DNA of 64,000 nt from assembly GCA_040509495.1 (NCBI GenBank), contig JBEVKW010000172.1, positions 4,887 to 68,886 on the forward strand. Direction: 5' to 3'. Under the pieces are notes generated by a model, which saw only the letters and a program-made list of their open reading frames with translations, was not told the origin of the DNA and ran no database searches. Of the stretch, positions 26,532 through 35,504 are shown in pieces. Source of the stretch: Chitinophagaceae bacterium. GTDB lineage: Bacteria; Bacteroidota; Bacteroidia; Chitinophagales; Chitinophagaceae. Position numbers and translations under genes: made by a program. Each line of letters begins with the position of its first letter. Within the stretch, counting starts at the first letter, position 1.

Positions 26532-29014
26532 TAAATCGCCATTATTTCGTTAACTGTGGATTTCTCCACACGCTCGACAGTCGCTTTTCGGAATCGCACC
26601 GTTATATGCAATCCGTTATCGCTTTTAAAGGTCAGAATCCCGCCAAGCTGTTTTGCAAGTCCGCGCATCAGATCAAAACCAAGTGAATTATGCCGGGATA
26701 TATCAAGTCCTGCCGGCAAGCCCACTCCGTTATCGACTATTTGCAGCACTAAACGATCATCTGCATCCTGATGCAATGTTAAGCGTACGGTTCCTTCCCT
26801 GCTTCCCGGGAAAGCATACTTCATCACATTAACGATACATTCGTTAATGATCAGGCCCAGAGGGATTGCCTGCGATACATCAAGGTCCAGTGGCTCGATC
26901 TCCTGTTCGAAAATGATCCTTTTTTCTGTATCAAAACTTTCCTGTACATAAGATACCAACTCATTAATGTAATCCTGCATGGCAATACAGGACATGTTAT
27001 CTGAAAGATACAATTTCTGATGGATCAATGCCATGGCCTGCATCCGGCGTTGACTGTCATTGATCGCAGTCCTTGCATCCCTGTTATCGATATATACTGA
27101 TTGTGAGTTCAACAGGCTGATCACGATCTGCAGATTGTTCTTCACCCGGTGGTGGATCTCTTTCAACAGCCATTCTTTATCGTCAACAAGGTCCTGCAGT
27201 TGTTCATTTTTCCGGCTGATCACTTTATTGGCTCCCTGTTTCAACCTGTTTTGGCGGTATAACAGTCCCGCGATGATCAGGACTGTAATAATGCCGGCAA
27301 TGGTGAGGTTTCTCAGCAGAGCGGCCCGTTTCGATCTTTCCTTTTCCAGAGCAGCCTGTTGCGTTAACTGGGAGATCTGACCTTCTTTTTCCTGTATCTG
27401 GTATAACACCTGGAGCTCTTCTGCCTGCCGGATCTTTGTTACTTTAAAAGTTGCATCCAGCAGTGTAACGTATTTTTTGTAATGTGCCACAGCCGATCGG
27501 TCATCCCCCAGTATAGAATCGATGGTGATCAGGGTGCGGTAGAGATCGAGGTCAGCGGTTAGCGGCCGTAGTCTTGAGCGCGGGGCCAGGAGATGAGTAT
27601 CCAGGATTTTCCTTGCTTTCCGGTATTCTCCTTTTTTCATTAAAAGAAAGCCAGTCAGCTCTTCAATGTCCGTTCTCCGGAAAGGTGGCCTGAATGTTTC
27701 AGCAATGGTCTCCAGTGAATCCATTTTTGCCAGGTGCCACTCAACCATTTTCAGTTGATTATTGTACAAATAGCCATAAGCAAATGCATAATGATAGGTG
27801 AACTGATCCGCCAGTGTTTCCGGCGGGGTCACCTGCGTTGAAATATTCTTTACCATTTCCAGGGCCTCCTTGCTCTTTCCATTCTGCGACATCCGATAAA
27901 CGACGGCGATCATCTGGTTATAGACCGTTGGATTCCGCTGTCGCAGGAAGTGTTGGATCGCTTTTTCGATCACAGCGAAACTTTCCTCTTCCCGGCCTTC
28001 TGACGACAGCATGAGAGACAGGTTACTGTGAAAGTATCCCCACCCTATACTGTCAAGGCAATTCTCTGACACTTTGATCATTTCAAGTGTGTATCGCAAT
28101 GGTTCGCCAAATTTGCCCATGAATGTGTTTACCATCGACAATGCCTGCGCATTATAGTGTATATACGGAAACTGGATTGACTCCGCGAGGCGATATGCCT
28201 GCTCCAATACCTCATGGGCAGTATCCAGTTGACCCGAGGCCGTGAACAAATAACCGGCATCTGTCAGCGCATTGATCTCTCCTTCCTTATTACCCAGGCT
28301 GTGACAGAGGGCGGCAGCTGCGCGGGTGTCATTGATCTTACCAGGAAAACTCGCACCCGTTGGCGGTGTATACCTGCTGCGATAAGCCAGTGCTTTTGCT
28401 TCTGTTTGTTTATCCCCCGCATACCTGCACTGCCTGATCAGCCGGGCATATATCGAATCGCCCTCGGAGTTACCGGCCTGTAAATACATTTTTCCCAGCA
28501 GGCAAAGGGCCTGCCGGCCCATCCCGGGTTCGTTAAGTTTGCGGCTTTCAGTGATCACCTGCTGAAGATAATGTTCGACGCTATCGCGGAAATAGGTATA
28601 GCTGTTCCGCTGAAACGCGTAATACGATCCCAGCAGTAGCAACCGCTGCAGGCGCTTCCGGCCGCTTGCCGCCGACAACTGACGCACACCGCTCGCCGGG
28701 TCTTTCCTGTCTATCCATTGCGATTCCTTGAAAAGCTCCTGGTCTCCGAAACCTTCTGCCAGTATAGAGAAGCGGCTGAGGCCGAGCGACCGACTGGCCT
28801 TGAACAAAGCACTGTCGAGATCCACCTGACCCTCATTTACCACATTGATAAAAGTGGAACTTAATAGCAGATACAGTCGCTGCCAGGACTCCTTATCCTC
28901 CTGTGGATGGTGATAGGTATAGCTTGTTAAAGCGTTTGGAGTGGAAGATGCGGGTTGGGCACCCACCTGTGTCATCAAGCTGACCAGCAGCCATATCAAA
29001 GCTAATCTGTACAT
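26531..29014 (-). CDS. Sensor histidine kinase: signal peptide, extracytoplasmic TPR region, one TM, HisKA_2 plus HATPase_c
   Basis: MYRLALIWLLVSLMTQVGAQ signal, a TPR-like region of about 540 aa, TM LTIAGIITVLIIAGLLY, H-box EIHHRVKNNLQIVISLL, and the ATPase region DNGVGLP. The stop overlaps the regulator start by 1 nt (TAATG). Confidence 0.85.
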   Translation of the reverse strand: MYRLALIWLLVSLMTQVGAQPASSTPNALTSYTYHHPQEDKESWQRLYLLLSSTFINVVNEGQVDLDSALFKASRSLGLSRFSILAEGFGDQELFKESQWIDRKDPASGVRQLSAASGRKRLQRLLLLGSYYAFQRNSYTYFRDSVEHYLQQVITESRKLNEPGMGRQALCLLGKMYLQAGNSEGDSIYARLIRQCRYAGDKQTEAKALAYRSRYTPPTGASFPGKINDTRAAAALCHSLGNKEGEINALTDAGYLFTASGQLDTAHEVLEQAYRLAESIQFPYIHYNAQALSMVNTFMGKFGEPLRYTLEMIKVSENCLDSIGWGYFHSNLSLMLSSEGREEESFAVIEKAIQHFLRQRNPTVYNQMIAVVYRMSQNGKSKEALEMVKNISTQVTPPETLADQFTYHYAFAYGYLYNNQLKMVEWHLAKMDSLETIAETFRPPFRRTDIEELTGFLLMKKGEYRKARKILDTHLLAPRSRLRPLTADLDLYRTLITIDSILGDDRSAVAHYKKYVTLLDATFKVTKIRQAEELQVLYQIQEKEGQISQLTQQAALEKERSKRAALLRNLTIAGIITVLIIAGLLYRQNRLKQGANKVISRKNEQLQDLVDDKEWLLKEIHHRVKNNLQIVISLLNSQSVYIDNRDARTAINDSQRRMQAMALIHQKLYLSDNMSCIAMQDYINELVSYVQESFDTEKRIIFEQEIEPLDLDVSQAIPLGLIINECIVNVMKYAFPGSREGTVRLTLHQDADDRLVLQIVDNGVGLPAGLDISRHNSLGFDLMRGLAKQLGGILTFKSDNGLHITVRFRKATVERVEKSTVNEIMAI

Positions 29015-29172
29015 AGATTCCTTTTTTTCGATGCAGAGTTGCGAACTTTTAAAGATAAGAAATTTAATAGCTGCATCTTGCGCTGTTATAATTAATACAG
29101 CATTTTGATGTATACGAACATGTGTGCGGCGGCCGGTGGCCGAAGGGAGGCGCTGTTAATGAGTGCGAAGAT

Positions 29173-29255
29173 GACGGCTTCTACGAAGCCGATGCGTAGT
29201 CGGCGACATACGCATAACCCTTGATTGTTGTTGAGTTCGTTATGGGTTGGGAAGA
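29173..29255 (+). repeat. REP-like structured repeat, copy A (upstream of the RAYT gene)
   Basis: gacggcttctacgaagccgatgcgtagtcggcgacatacgcataacccttgattgttgttgagttcgttatgggttgggaaga. It contains hairpin 1 (cggcttc-tac-gaagccg) and hairpin 2 (atgcgta-N10-tacgcat). There are 4 mismatches in 83 nt versus copy C. Confidence 0.85.
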
Positions 29256-29375
29256 GACCACGGGCAACCGGAAAATTCAAGAACGTAGCAGCCTCTTCCC
29301 GAAAAAAACATTTTTCCACCGTTAAAACTACATTGTCCGAACGCGGCTTCTTCTTTCCTTCAGCAAAAATCAATC

Positions 29376-29933
29376 ATGCTCATCGGAGGATACAAGATCC
29401 GCAATCAGGCTGCTGCTCACTTTCTGACATTTACTGTTGTGGGTTGGATAGACGTATTCACCCGCCAGCTTTACAGGGATATACTGCTTGATAACATCCG
29501 ATACTGTCAACAGAACCGCGGGCTATTAGTTCATGCATGGTGTCTGATGAGCAATCATATTCACCTGGTGGCTACAGCCGGCAAAAAGGATCTCAGTGAT
29601 GTTATCCGGGATTTCAAAAAAGAAAGTGCCCGCCAGTTACTGCGATCTATTTCCGGTAACCGTGCTGAAAGCCGCCGTGAATGGATGCTGTCTCTCTTTT
29701 CCGACTTTGGACGATCCAACTCACGCAATAGCCGATACCAGTTCTGGAAACAGGATAATCATCCCGAGGAACTTTTTACCGGCCCAGTAATTTTTCAAAA
29801 AATCGACTATACCCATCAGAACCCAGTGGCGGCCGGCATTGTGGATAAGGCCGAAGACTACCTGTACAGCAGTGCGAGAGATTATCGTTTGGGAAGGAAG
29901 TGTGGTTTGCTGGAAATTGATTTCCTTGTATGA
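29376..29933 (+). CDS. REP-associated tyrosine transposase (RAYT, IS200-like Y1/HUH transposase family)
   Basis: 185 aa. HUH motif in CLMSNHIHLVAT and catalytic Tyr region IDYTHQNPVAAGIV. It is flanked by structured repeats in inverted orientation (29173-29255 and 29994-30067). Confidence 0.8.
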   Translation: MLIGGYKIRNQAAAHFLTFTVVGWIDVFTRQLYRDILLDNIRYCQQNRGLLVHAWCLMSNHIHLVATAGKKDLSDVIRDFKKESARQLLRSISGNRAESRREWMLSLFSDFGRSNSRNSRYQFWKQDNHPEELFTGPVIFQKIDYTHQNPVAAGIVDKAEDYLYSSARDYRLGRKCGLLEIDFLV

Positions 29934-29993
29934 AAGGGAATGGTTTTATAAGTGGAAGGCTCGATACATCGTTTAACTTACTCCATTCTTTAT

Positions 29994-30067
29994 CCCACAT
30001 GAAATGAACTCAACAACTGTCGAGCGTTGTATGTAGTCTGTAACTACATACGGTTTCGAAGAAACCG
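29994..30067 (-). repeat. REP-like structured repeat, copy B (inverted, immediately downstream of the RAYT gene)
   Basis: The reverse complement reads cggtttc-ttc-gaaaccg, then gtatgtagt-tacag-actacatac, then ...cagttgttgagttcatt. The two-hairpin layout and the ttgttgagttc tail are the same as in copies A and C, but the stem sequences changed in a compensatory way. Confidence 0.75.
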
Positions 30068-30180
30068 CCCGCTTGCAGGTTTGAGTTGGTAGCGGTTTAA
30101 TCGGGCATCGAAAAAGCGACTTAGCCTTGGAGGCCTTCTTCACATGCGCAAACAAATCAGAGGGTGAGAGATCGGCCAAC

Positions 30181-30285
30181 GACTGGCTGACAACAGCAGG
30201 CGGACGGCTTCTACGAAGCCGATGCGTAGCCGGAGACGTACGCATAACCCTTGATTGTTGTTGAGTTCGTTATTGGTTGGGAAGA
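30181..30285 (+). repeat. REP-like structured repeat, copy C (core 30203-30285, with an extended left flank shared with copy D)
   Basis: The core is near-identical to copy A. The left flank gactggctgacaacagcaggcgga resembles gactgactaacgacaacgaaccgaa at 31975-32000. Confidence 0.85.
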
Positions 30286-30342
30286 AATTACTGGTAACGG
30301 AGTAACAAACTGATCATTATGGTCATTCTCATCATCGCGTAA

Positions 30343-31356
30343 TTATTTTTTAATTGTATTTCTTAACTGATTCCGGGTATTCTCGAGTTGCGCCATTGCG
30401 TACAGGTCATTCCACCCGTAAGCAGCCAGGCCATTTGAGGTCGGCTCATGAAGTTTGTATAATTCCAGCGCCGTCTTCGCATCTCCCGTTAAAACGCTTG
30501 CCCATGCCAGGTTATAATCTGTCATTTTTTTCACATCGCTCTGCTGTTGAAAAACTGCTTTTGCAGATTGCAATACTTTGTCTGCTTCGGCGGTATTGCC
30601 GGCATCCAATAAGCTATATGCTTGCTTTAGCTGATCTGCCGCGGTATTGAGTTTGCTGTATTCAGCCACTCCGCCTGCATCTGGAATAAATGCACAGACC
30701 ATAGATCTTCTCTCCGAATAATCTGTATAAAGGGCCGTCATCATTATAGCAACTTTCTTATAGGCTGCCAACATCGCATACCTTTCGATGTACCTGCTGA
30801 TGTCTTTATTGCCTGTTTGAAATTCCCTGGCTTCCTTTTCAGTGCCGAAATAAACCGGCGAATACATCATCGTATTGTATTTGGGTGTACTCTTTATATA
30901 TAAAATGGAATGCTCCTCGCTGCCCGTGAACACATCAAACGAATACAAAGTTTGCAGGGCAGCATCCTTTATCAAGAGGCGGCAGGGAAAATTATATGTA
31001 TAATCAAGCGCATAGGCATTTCCTTCATTACGAATACCTTTAAACTGCACATTGGTGATACCGGATGCTTCAATCACAAAAGTCACATCGGGAGTATTGC
31101 CTTTGTTCTTTGCCTTCAGAGGCATGTCGCTAAATGAAAAAAGTATTCCATCCATCTGCATCTCCCGATGGCTGGCATAATAGGTCAGCTTTTCCGGGAA
31201 AACGGGATTGTAGGTATTCTCTTTTGTAAGAGCCTGCACCAATGCAGGATATTTCATTTTAACAGACGAACTGCTGTGTTTGATCTTAACAGACGACTGC
31301 GATAAGGTAACCTGACTGACTAATGCCGCACAGCCAAGTAGAAGAGTTAATTTCAT
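30343..31356 (-). CDS. Hypothetical secreted/lipoprotein-like protein with a helical (TPR-like) C-terminus
   Basis: The likely start is MKLTLLLGCAALVSQVTLSQ (an internal ATG of track ORF 30343..31386). I recognise no family. Confidence 0.6.
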   Translation of the reverse strand: MKLTLLLGCAALVSQVTLSQSSVKIKHSSSSVKMKYPALVQALTKENTYNPVFPEKLTYYASHREMQMDGILFSFSDMPLKAKNKGNTPDVTFVIEASGITNVQFKGIRNEGNAYALDYTYNFPCRLLIKDAALQTLYSFDVFTGSEEHSILYIKSTPKYNTMMYSPVYFGTEKEAREFQTGNKDISRYIERYAMLAAYKKVAIMMTALYTDYSERRSMVCAFIPDAGGVAEYSKLNTAADQLKQAYSLLDAGNTAEADKVLQSAKAVFQQQSDVKKMTDYNLAWASVLTGDAKTALELYKLHEPTSNGLAAYGWNDLYAMAQLENTRNQLRNTIKK

Positions 31357-31430
31357 GTGATATATAATTTGTATATCAATAAACAAATTTTTATTGACAA
31401 CACAAATACTATTCTTTAAAAAGAATCGCG

Positions 31431-31892
31431 CTAATCTAAAAGGGTCATTGTTAGTCGATGCAAATACTCAAACTGGCTGCATTTTATATAAACTCCGATA
31501 GCGGTATCCGCTTTTTCAATTGCGGAGATATACTGCGGAGACATCCACTTATACGTATGACCTGCGTGGTCTGTATGAACATTGTAAAGGAATATCAGTT
31601 CGGGAAATTTCCGGTTGGCTTTTATAAAGTCGAAGGCATCGTTGTACAGGCTGTCAAAACCATAACTCTGCTGAAAAAGCAACCGGTCGAAATAATTCTT
31701 ATTGAAAGCATTGATCAGCTCTGCCCAATTGTAGTAAAAAGCTGTTTTCACATTAAGCACCTTATCTTTTGCAAGCTTGAATATGGAAGGATAATAACCG
31801 CTGTCATCTGTTTGAAGCGGCTGCAGTGAATGCTGCGCAACAGTCCATTGGATGTGATTACCGAGGCAATATGTATCCCCCAAATGCGGCAC
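31431..31892 (-). pseudogene. Truncated duplicate of the phosphodiesterase gene 12225..13166 (central about 120 codons only)
   Basis: WTVAQHSLQPLQTDDSGYYPSIFKLAKDKVLNVKTAFYYNW...HTDHAGHTYKWMSPQYISAIEKADTAIG is nearly identical to residues of the 319-aa protein. Nucleotides 31492-31847 align with 12518-12864 without gaps. It lacks the N-terminal nucleophile region and the C-terminus. Confidence 0.85.
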
Positions 31893-31974
31893 TTCTTTTA
31901 ACGCCGGAAGAAATCCGTGTCTTTAAAATCTTCATCTACTGCGTAAAAAATATTAGTAGTTGATATGGCGTTCC

Positions 31975-32080
31975 GCGACTGACTAACGACAACGAACCGA
32001 ACGCTTCTCTGAAGCCGATGCATAGTCGAAAACATACGCATAATTCCTGGCTACTGTTGGGTTCAATATTGGTCAGCAAG
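31975..32080 (+). repeat. Degenerate REP-like copy D
   Basis: acgcttctctgaagccgatgcatagtcgaaaacatacgcataattcc... aligns with copies A and C, with mismatches that weaken both stems. It lies between the phosphodiesterase pseudogene fragment and the Moco-enzyme operon. Confidence 0.6.
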
Positions 32081-32147
32081 CGGGACTCAAACTAAACCAT
32101 GTCCGGGTATCCGCGATCACCCCGCCAAATTAGCGTCATCGCAAACA

Positions 32148-34430
32148 CTACAACAACTTATCCGGTGTCAATGGAAGATCTCTCACCCGCTTACCCGTCG
32201 CATTAAAAACCGCATTGGCAATTGCTGCAGACACACCCGTAATCCCGATCTCCCCTATTCCCCTTGCACCTATCGGGGATATATGCGGATCCGGTTTGCC
32301 AATAAAATGCACATCAATTGGCGGCACATCCAGGTGTACTGGTACATGATAGTCTGCCAGCGTCCTTACTACTGCATTGCCCCAGCGTTTGTCGTATTCG
32401 GTTGCTTCCATCAGTGCGGCGCCGATCCCGAAAATAACGCCGCCGATGATCTGTGAGCGGGCTGTTTTTTCATTCATGATGCGACCAACATCCTGTACAC
32501 TGGTGAAACGTGTTACGCGAATGGTTCCGAAATCTTCATCCACCCATACTTCGGCAAACTGTGCACCGAAGGAATGAAAAGCATGTTGTTTGATATCACT
32601 GTTCTGATCAGCAGGTATTTCACGCGGTGTACAAAGCGCACCGGGAATGGTAAGCCCTGCTCCGGATATGGGCTGAGTGGTTGCACAGGCTTCCATCTCA
32701 TTTCGTTTTGCACGCTTCAGGATATCGCTATACGATTCCGATTTATTAGGGTCTGCGGTCACAAATAATTTTCCATCGGCATATCCGAGGTCTTCAGGTT
32801 TGCGTCCATTGAGTTTGGAGGATGGATCGGCGATTGCCAGTGTCGCCAGTTCAGCGCGCAATAGCTTGCAGGCTTCCAGTGCTGCCGGATGGATACTGGC
32901 CGTGGTTTGTGATCCGCCGGCAAGGGGCGAAGGCGGCAATGCGGAATCACCGATCTTCACCTCAATTCTTTCCACGGACACACCGAGCGCATCGCTGGCC
33001 GTTTGCGCAAGTACGGTATAGGTTCCGGTGCCGATATCAATGGAGGCAGTCAACAGCGTCACATCACCGTTACTCTTCATCACTACTTTAACGGAAGACG
33101 CACTGCGTCCTGCGGGGTATGTAGCCGTTGCCATTCCATAGCCCACCAGGTATTTTCCGTTACGTTTTTGTCTTGGTTCAAGACTTCGTGATGACCATCC
33201 GAATCTTTCCGCACCAATGCGGTAACAATCAACCAGGAATTCACTGGAGAATTCATGGCCTTTCATCGGATCCTTTGTTGTATGATTTTTTATCCTGAAT
33301 TCAACGGGATCGATCTTTAACTTATAGGCCATCTCATCCATGGCAGATTCCAGTGCGAAAGTCCCGGGTGTTTCGCCGGGTGCACGCATGAAGGTAGGCG
33401 TACCACGATTTAATTTCGTAACATTATACGTCACCTCACGCAGTGGTGCTTCATACAGCACGAGCGACTGTTTCCCGCTTGGTTCAAAGAATTCGGTCAG
33501 GTTGTTATAGGAATCTGTGTGATGCCGCATCACGCTCAGTTTGCCGCTTGCATCCGTTCCTAATGCTACGCGCTGTATGGTTGCTGCGCGATGACCGACA
33601 TTGGTTTGCATCATCTGTCGGGTCAGGGCGAGTTTTACCGGTCTGCCCGCAGCTTTGGCCGCCATCGCCACCAGCAATGTATGCAACCACAGGCCTTTGC
33701 AGCCAAAGCCACCACCGACAAATGGTGCGATCACGCGTACATTCTCCGGCTTCAGACCAAAAAAATAAGCGGCAATGGTACTCGTCAGTCCCACGCCCTG
33801 CGTCGCATCATACAATGTAAGCTGATCGCTGTTATCCCAAAGCGCAACGGTTGCATGAGGTTCCATTGGATGATGATGTTCAACCGGCGTTGAATAAGTG
33901 TGATCCACGCGATTAGTGGCGCTTGCCAGTGATGCCGCGGCCTTTCCCTCATTCACCTGTGCTTCTTCGCCCATGAACATCTTGGGTTTTTTGCTTTTCA
34001 GCAATTCAGTCTTCAGGTCCGTTGCCCCTTTTTCAGTCGTGTAACGGACTTTTAATTTATACGCAGCTGCACGTGCCTGCTCATAGCTTTCCGCAACTAC
34101 AACGGCAATGAACTGTCCGGGGTAATGCACAACATTACTCTGCAGTGGAGGCAGGTTCTCCCCCAGGAATGCCGCGCCGGCTTTCATCTGCGCCTGTATA
34201 TCGAGTGGTTTTAACCTGAATGAGTTCTTATGGCTGATCACGCTGAGTACGCCGGGCTCTTTCTTTACAGCAGCATCATCTATGGAAGCGATCTTTCCTT
34301 TTGCGATGGTCGCCCTTACAGGGAATGCATATGCCATATTTGGCTGATTGAATTCTGCTGAATACGTAGCTTTGCCGCTTACTTTCAGTCGGCCGTCTAT
34401 CCGGTTGATCGGTTTACCTGTTTCACTCAT
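32148..34430 (-). CDS. Xanthine dehydrogenase/aldehyde oxidase family molybdopterin-binding subunit (PaoC-like)
   Basis: 760 aa, with typical Ald_Xan_dh motifs (GGGFGCK, RAPGE..., GIGE...). It is the last gene of a three-gene FeS-FAD-Moco operon. Confidence 0.85.
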   Translation of the reverse strand: MSETGKPINRIDGRLKVSGKATYSAEFNQPNMAYAFPVRATIAKGKIASIDDAAVKKEPGVLSVISHKNSFRLKPLDIQAQMKAGAAFLGENLPPLQSNVVHYPGQFIAVVVAESYEQARAAAYKLKVRYTTEKGATDLKTELLKSKKPKMFMGEEAQVNEGKAAASLASATNRVDHTYSTPVEHHHPMEPHATVALWDNSDQLTLYDATQGVGLTSTIAAYFFGLKPENVRVIAPFVGGGFGCKGLWLHTLLVAMAAKAAGRPVKLALTRQMMQTNVGHRAATIQRVALGTDASGKLSVMRHHTDSYNNLTEFFEPSGKQSLVLYEAPLREVTYNVTKLNRGTPTFMRAPGETPGTFALESAMDEMAYKLKIDPVEFRIKNHTTKDPMKGHEFSSEFLVDCYRIGAERFGWSSRSLEPRQKRNGKYLVGYGMATATYPAGRSASSVKVVMKSNGDVTLLTASIDIGTGTYTVLAQTASDALGVSVERIEVKIGDSALPPSPLAGGSQTTASIHPAALEACKLLRAELATLAIADPSSKLNGRKPEDLGYADGKLFVTADPNKSESYSDILKRAKRNEMEACATTQPISGAGLTIPGALCTPREIPADQNSDIKQHAFHSFGAQFAEVWVDEDFGTIRVTRFTSVQDVGRIMNEKTARSQIIGGVIFGIGAALMEATEYDKRWGNAVVRTLADYHVPVHLDVPPIDVHFIGKPDPHISPIGARGIGEIGITGVSAAIANAVFNATGKRVRDLPLTPDKLL

Positions 34431-34465
34431 GTGCTTTCTTTTTTTTAGTGAATCGACATTCGTTC

Positions 34466-35485
34466 CTATCCCTGATCCGTTTCATCCTGAAGCCCATAGG
34501 CTCCGCCCGCCATTGCTCCCTGCAATGCGCGGATGATCGCCTTTTTTGCAAGGGCGATCTTAAATTTATTATGTTCAAGCGGCCTTGCCTGTTTCAATTC
34601 AGCCTCGGCAGCGGCTTTGAAATTCTCTTCCGTTGCATCTTTACCTGTCAGCCATTTTTCAGCAATGGATGCTCTCCATGGTTTATGTGCAACACCACCC
34701 ATCGCAATGCGCACCTGGTTGATCCTGCTTCCATTCAGCGACAATGCTGCCGCAACGGAAACGAGTGCAAACGCATACGAAGACCGTTCACGGATCTTGA
34801 GGTAATAAGAGTGATCTGCCAGGTCGTTTTCCGGAAGCTCTATGGAAGTAATGAATTCTCCCTGCTTCAGTGTATTATCTTTTTCCGGATTGTCACCCGG
34901 CAGACGATGATAATCACCAAAGGGAATGCTGCGTTTTGTTTGCTGCGCTCCTTCCACATTCACGACAGCGCCGAGTGCGGTTAATGCAACGGCCATGTCT
35001 GAAGGAAACACGGCCACACATTTTTCAGACCATCCTAATATAGCATGATTGCGGTTGATGCCTTTCAATGCCCCGCAGCCGGAACCGGGTTCGCGTTTAT
35101 TACAGGGCATATCCACATCATAAAAGTAAGAACAGCGTGTGCGCTGATTAATATTACCTCCATTGGTCGCCATATTCCTGATCTGTGCGCTGGCACCTGC
35201 AAGGATCGCCATTGACAGTAGCGGATAGTCCTGGCGGATGGTTTCATGATTGGCGGTATAAGAATTGGTAGCCGTGCTTCCGATCAGCACACCGCCACCC
35301 GTCTTTTTGATATCGGCATATTTCAACCGCGTTATATCGACCAACTCCGTAGGATGCATCACATCTTCCTTCATCAGGTCCACCAGGTTTGTTCCGCCAC
35401 CCAAAAACCTTGCGCCAGGATTTGCCGACACCAGGGTAATAGCGTTACCTGCATCAGCAGCTTTTGAAAATTTGAATGCTCTCAT
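34466..35485 (-). CDS. FAD-binding subunit of a xanthine dehydrogenase family enzyme (PaoB-like)
   Basis: MRAFKFSKA...ARFLGGGTNLVDLMK is the FAD_binding_5 signature. The internal ATG at 35485 is preferred over the track start at 35557, which overlaps the upstream gene. Confidence 0.8.
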   Translation of the reverse strand: MRAFKFSKAADAGNAITLVSANPGARFLGGGTNLVDLMKEDVMHPTELVDITRLKYADIKKTGGGVLIGSTATNSYTANHETIRQDYPLLSMAILAGASAQIRNMATNGGNINQRTRCSYFYDVDMPCNKREPGSGCGALKGINRNHAILGWSEKCVAVFPSDMAVALTALGAVVNVEGAQQTKRSIPFGDYHRLPGDNPEKDNTLKQGEFITSIELPENDLADHSYYLKIRERSSYAFALVSVAAALSLNGSRINQVRIAMGGVAHKPWRASIAEKWLTGKDATEENFKAAAEAELKQARPLEHNKFKIALAKKAIIRALQGAMAGGAYGLQDETDQG

Positions 35486-35504
35486 GATAAAATTGCTTGG
35501 ATGA

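Noticed and set aside
29973-30245. A 90-codon minus-strand ORF downstream of the RAYT gene
   Set aside because: It spans REP copies B and C. The product is Arg/Ser/Pro-rich with no start context, so the ORF is most likely created by the repeats.
29173-32080. Repeated units considered as a possible CRISPR array
   Set aside because: There are only four units, of about 80 nt each. They are irregularly spaced (0.1-1.7 kb), lie in mixed orientation, and enclose genes. This is consistent with REP elements, not CRISPR.
32377-33893. A dense set of plus-strand ORFs (up to 125 codons) inside the molybdopterin-subunit gene
   Set aside because: They are antisense to a 760-codon gene with clear family motifs. 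Their products are Arg/Ser/Cys-rich and low in complexity, which is typical of shadow frames.
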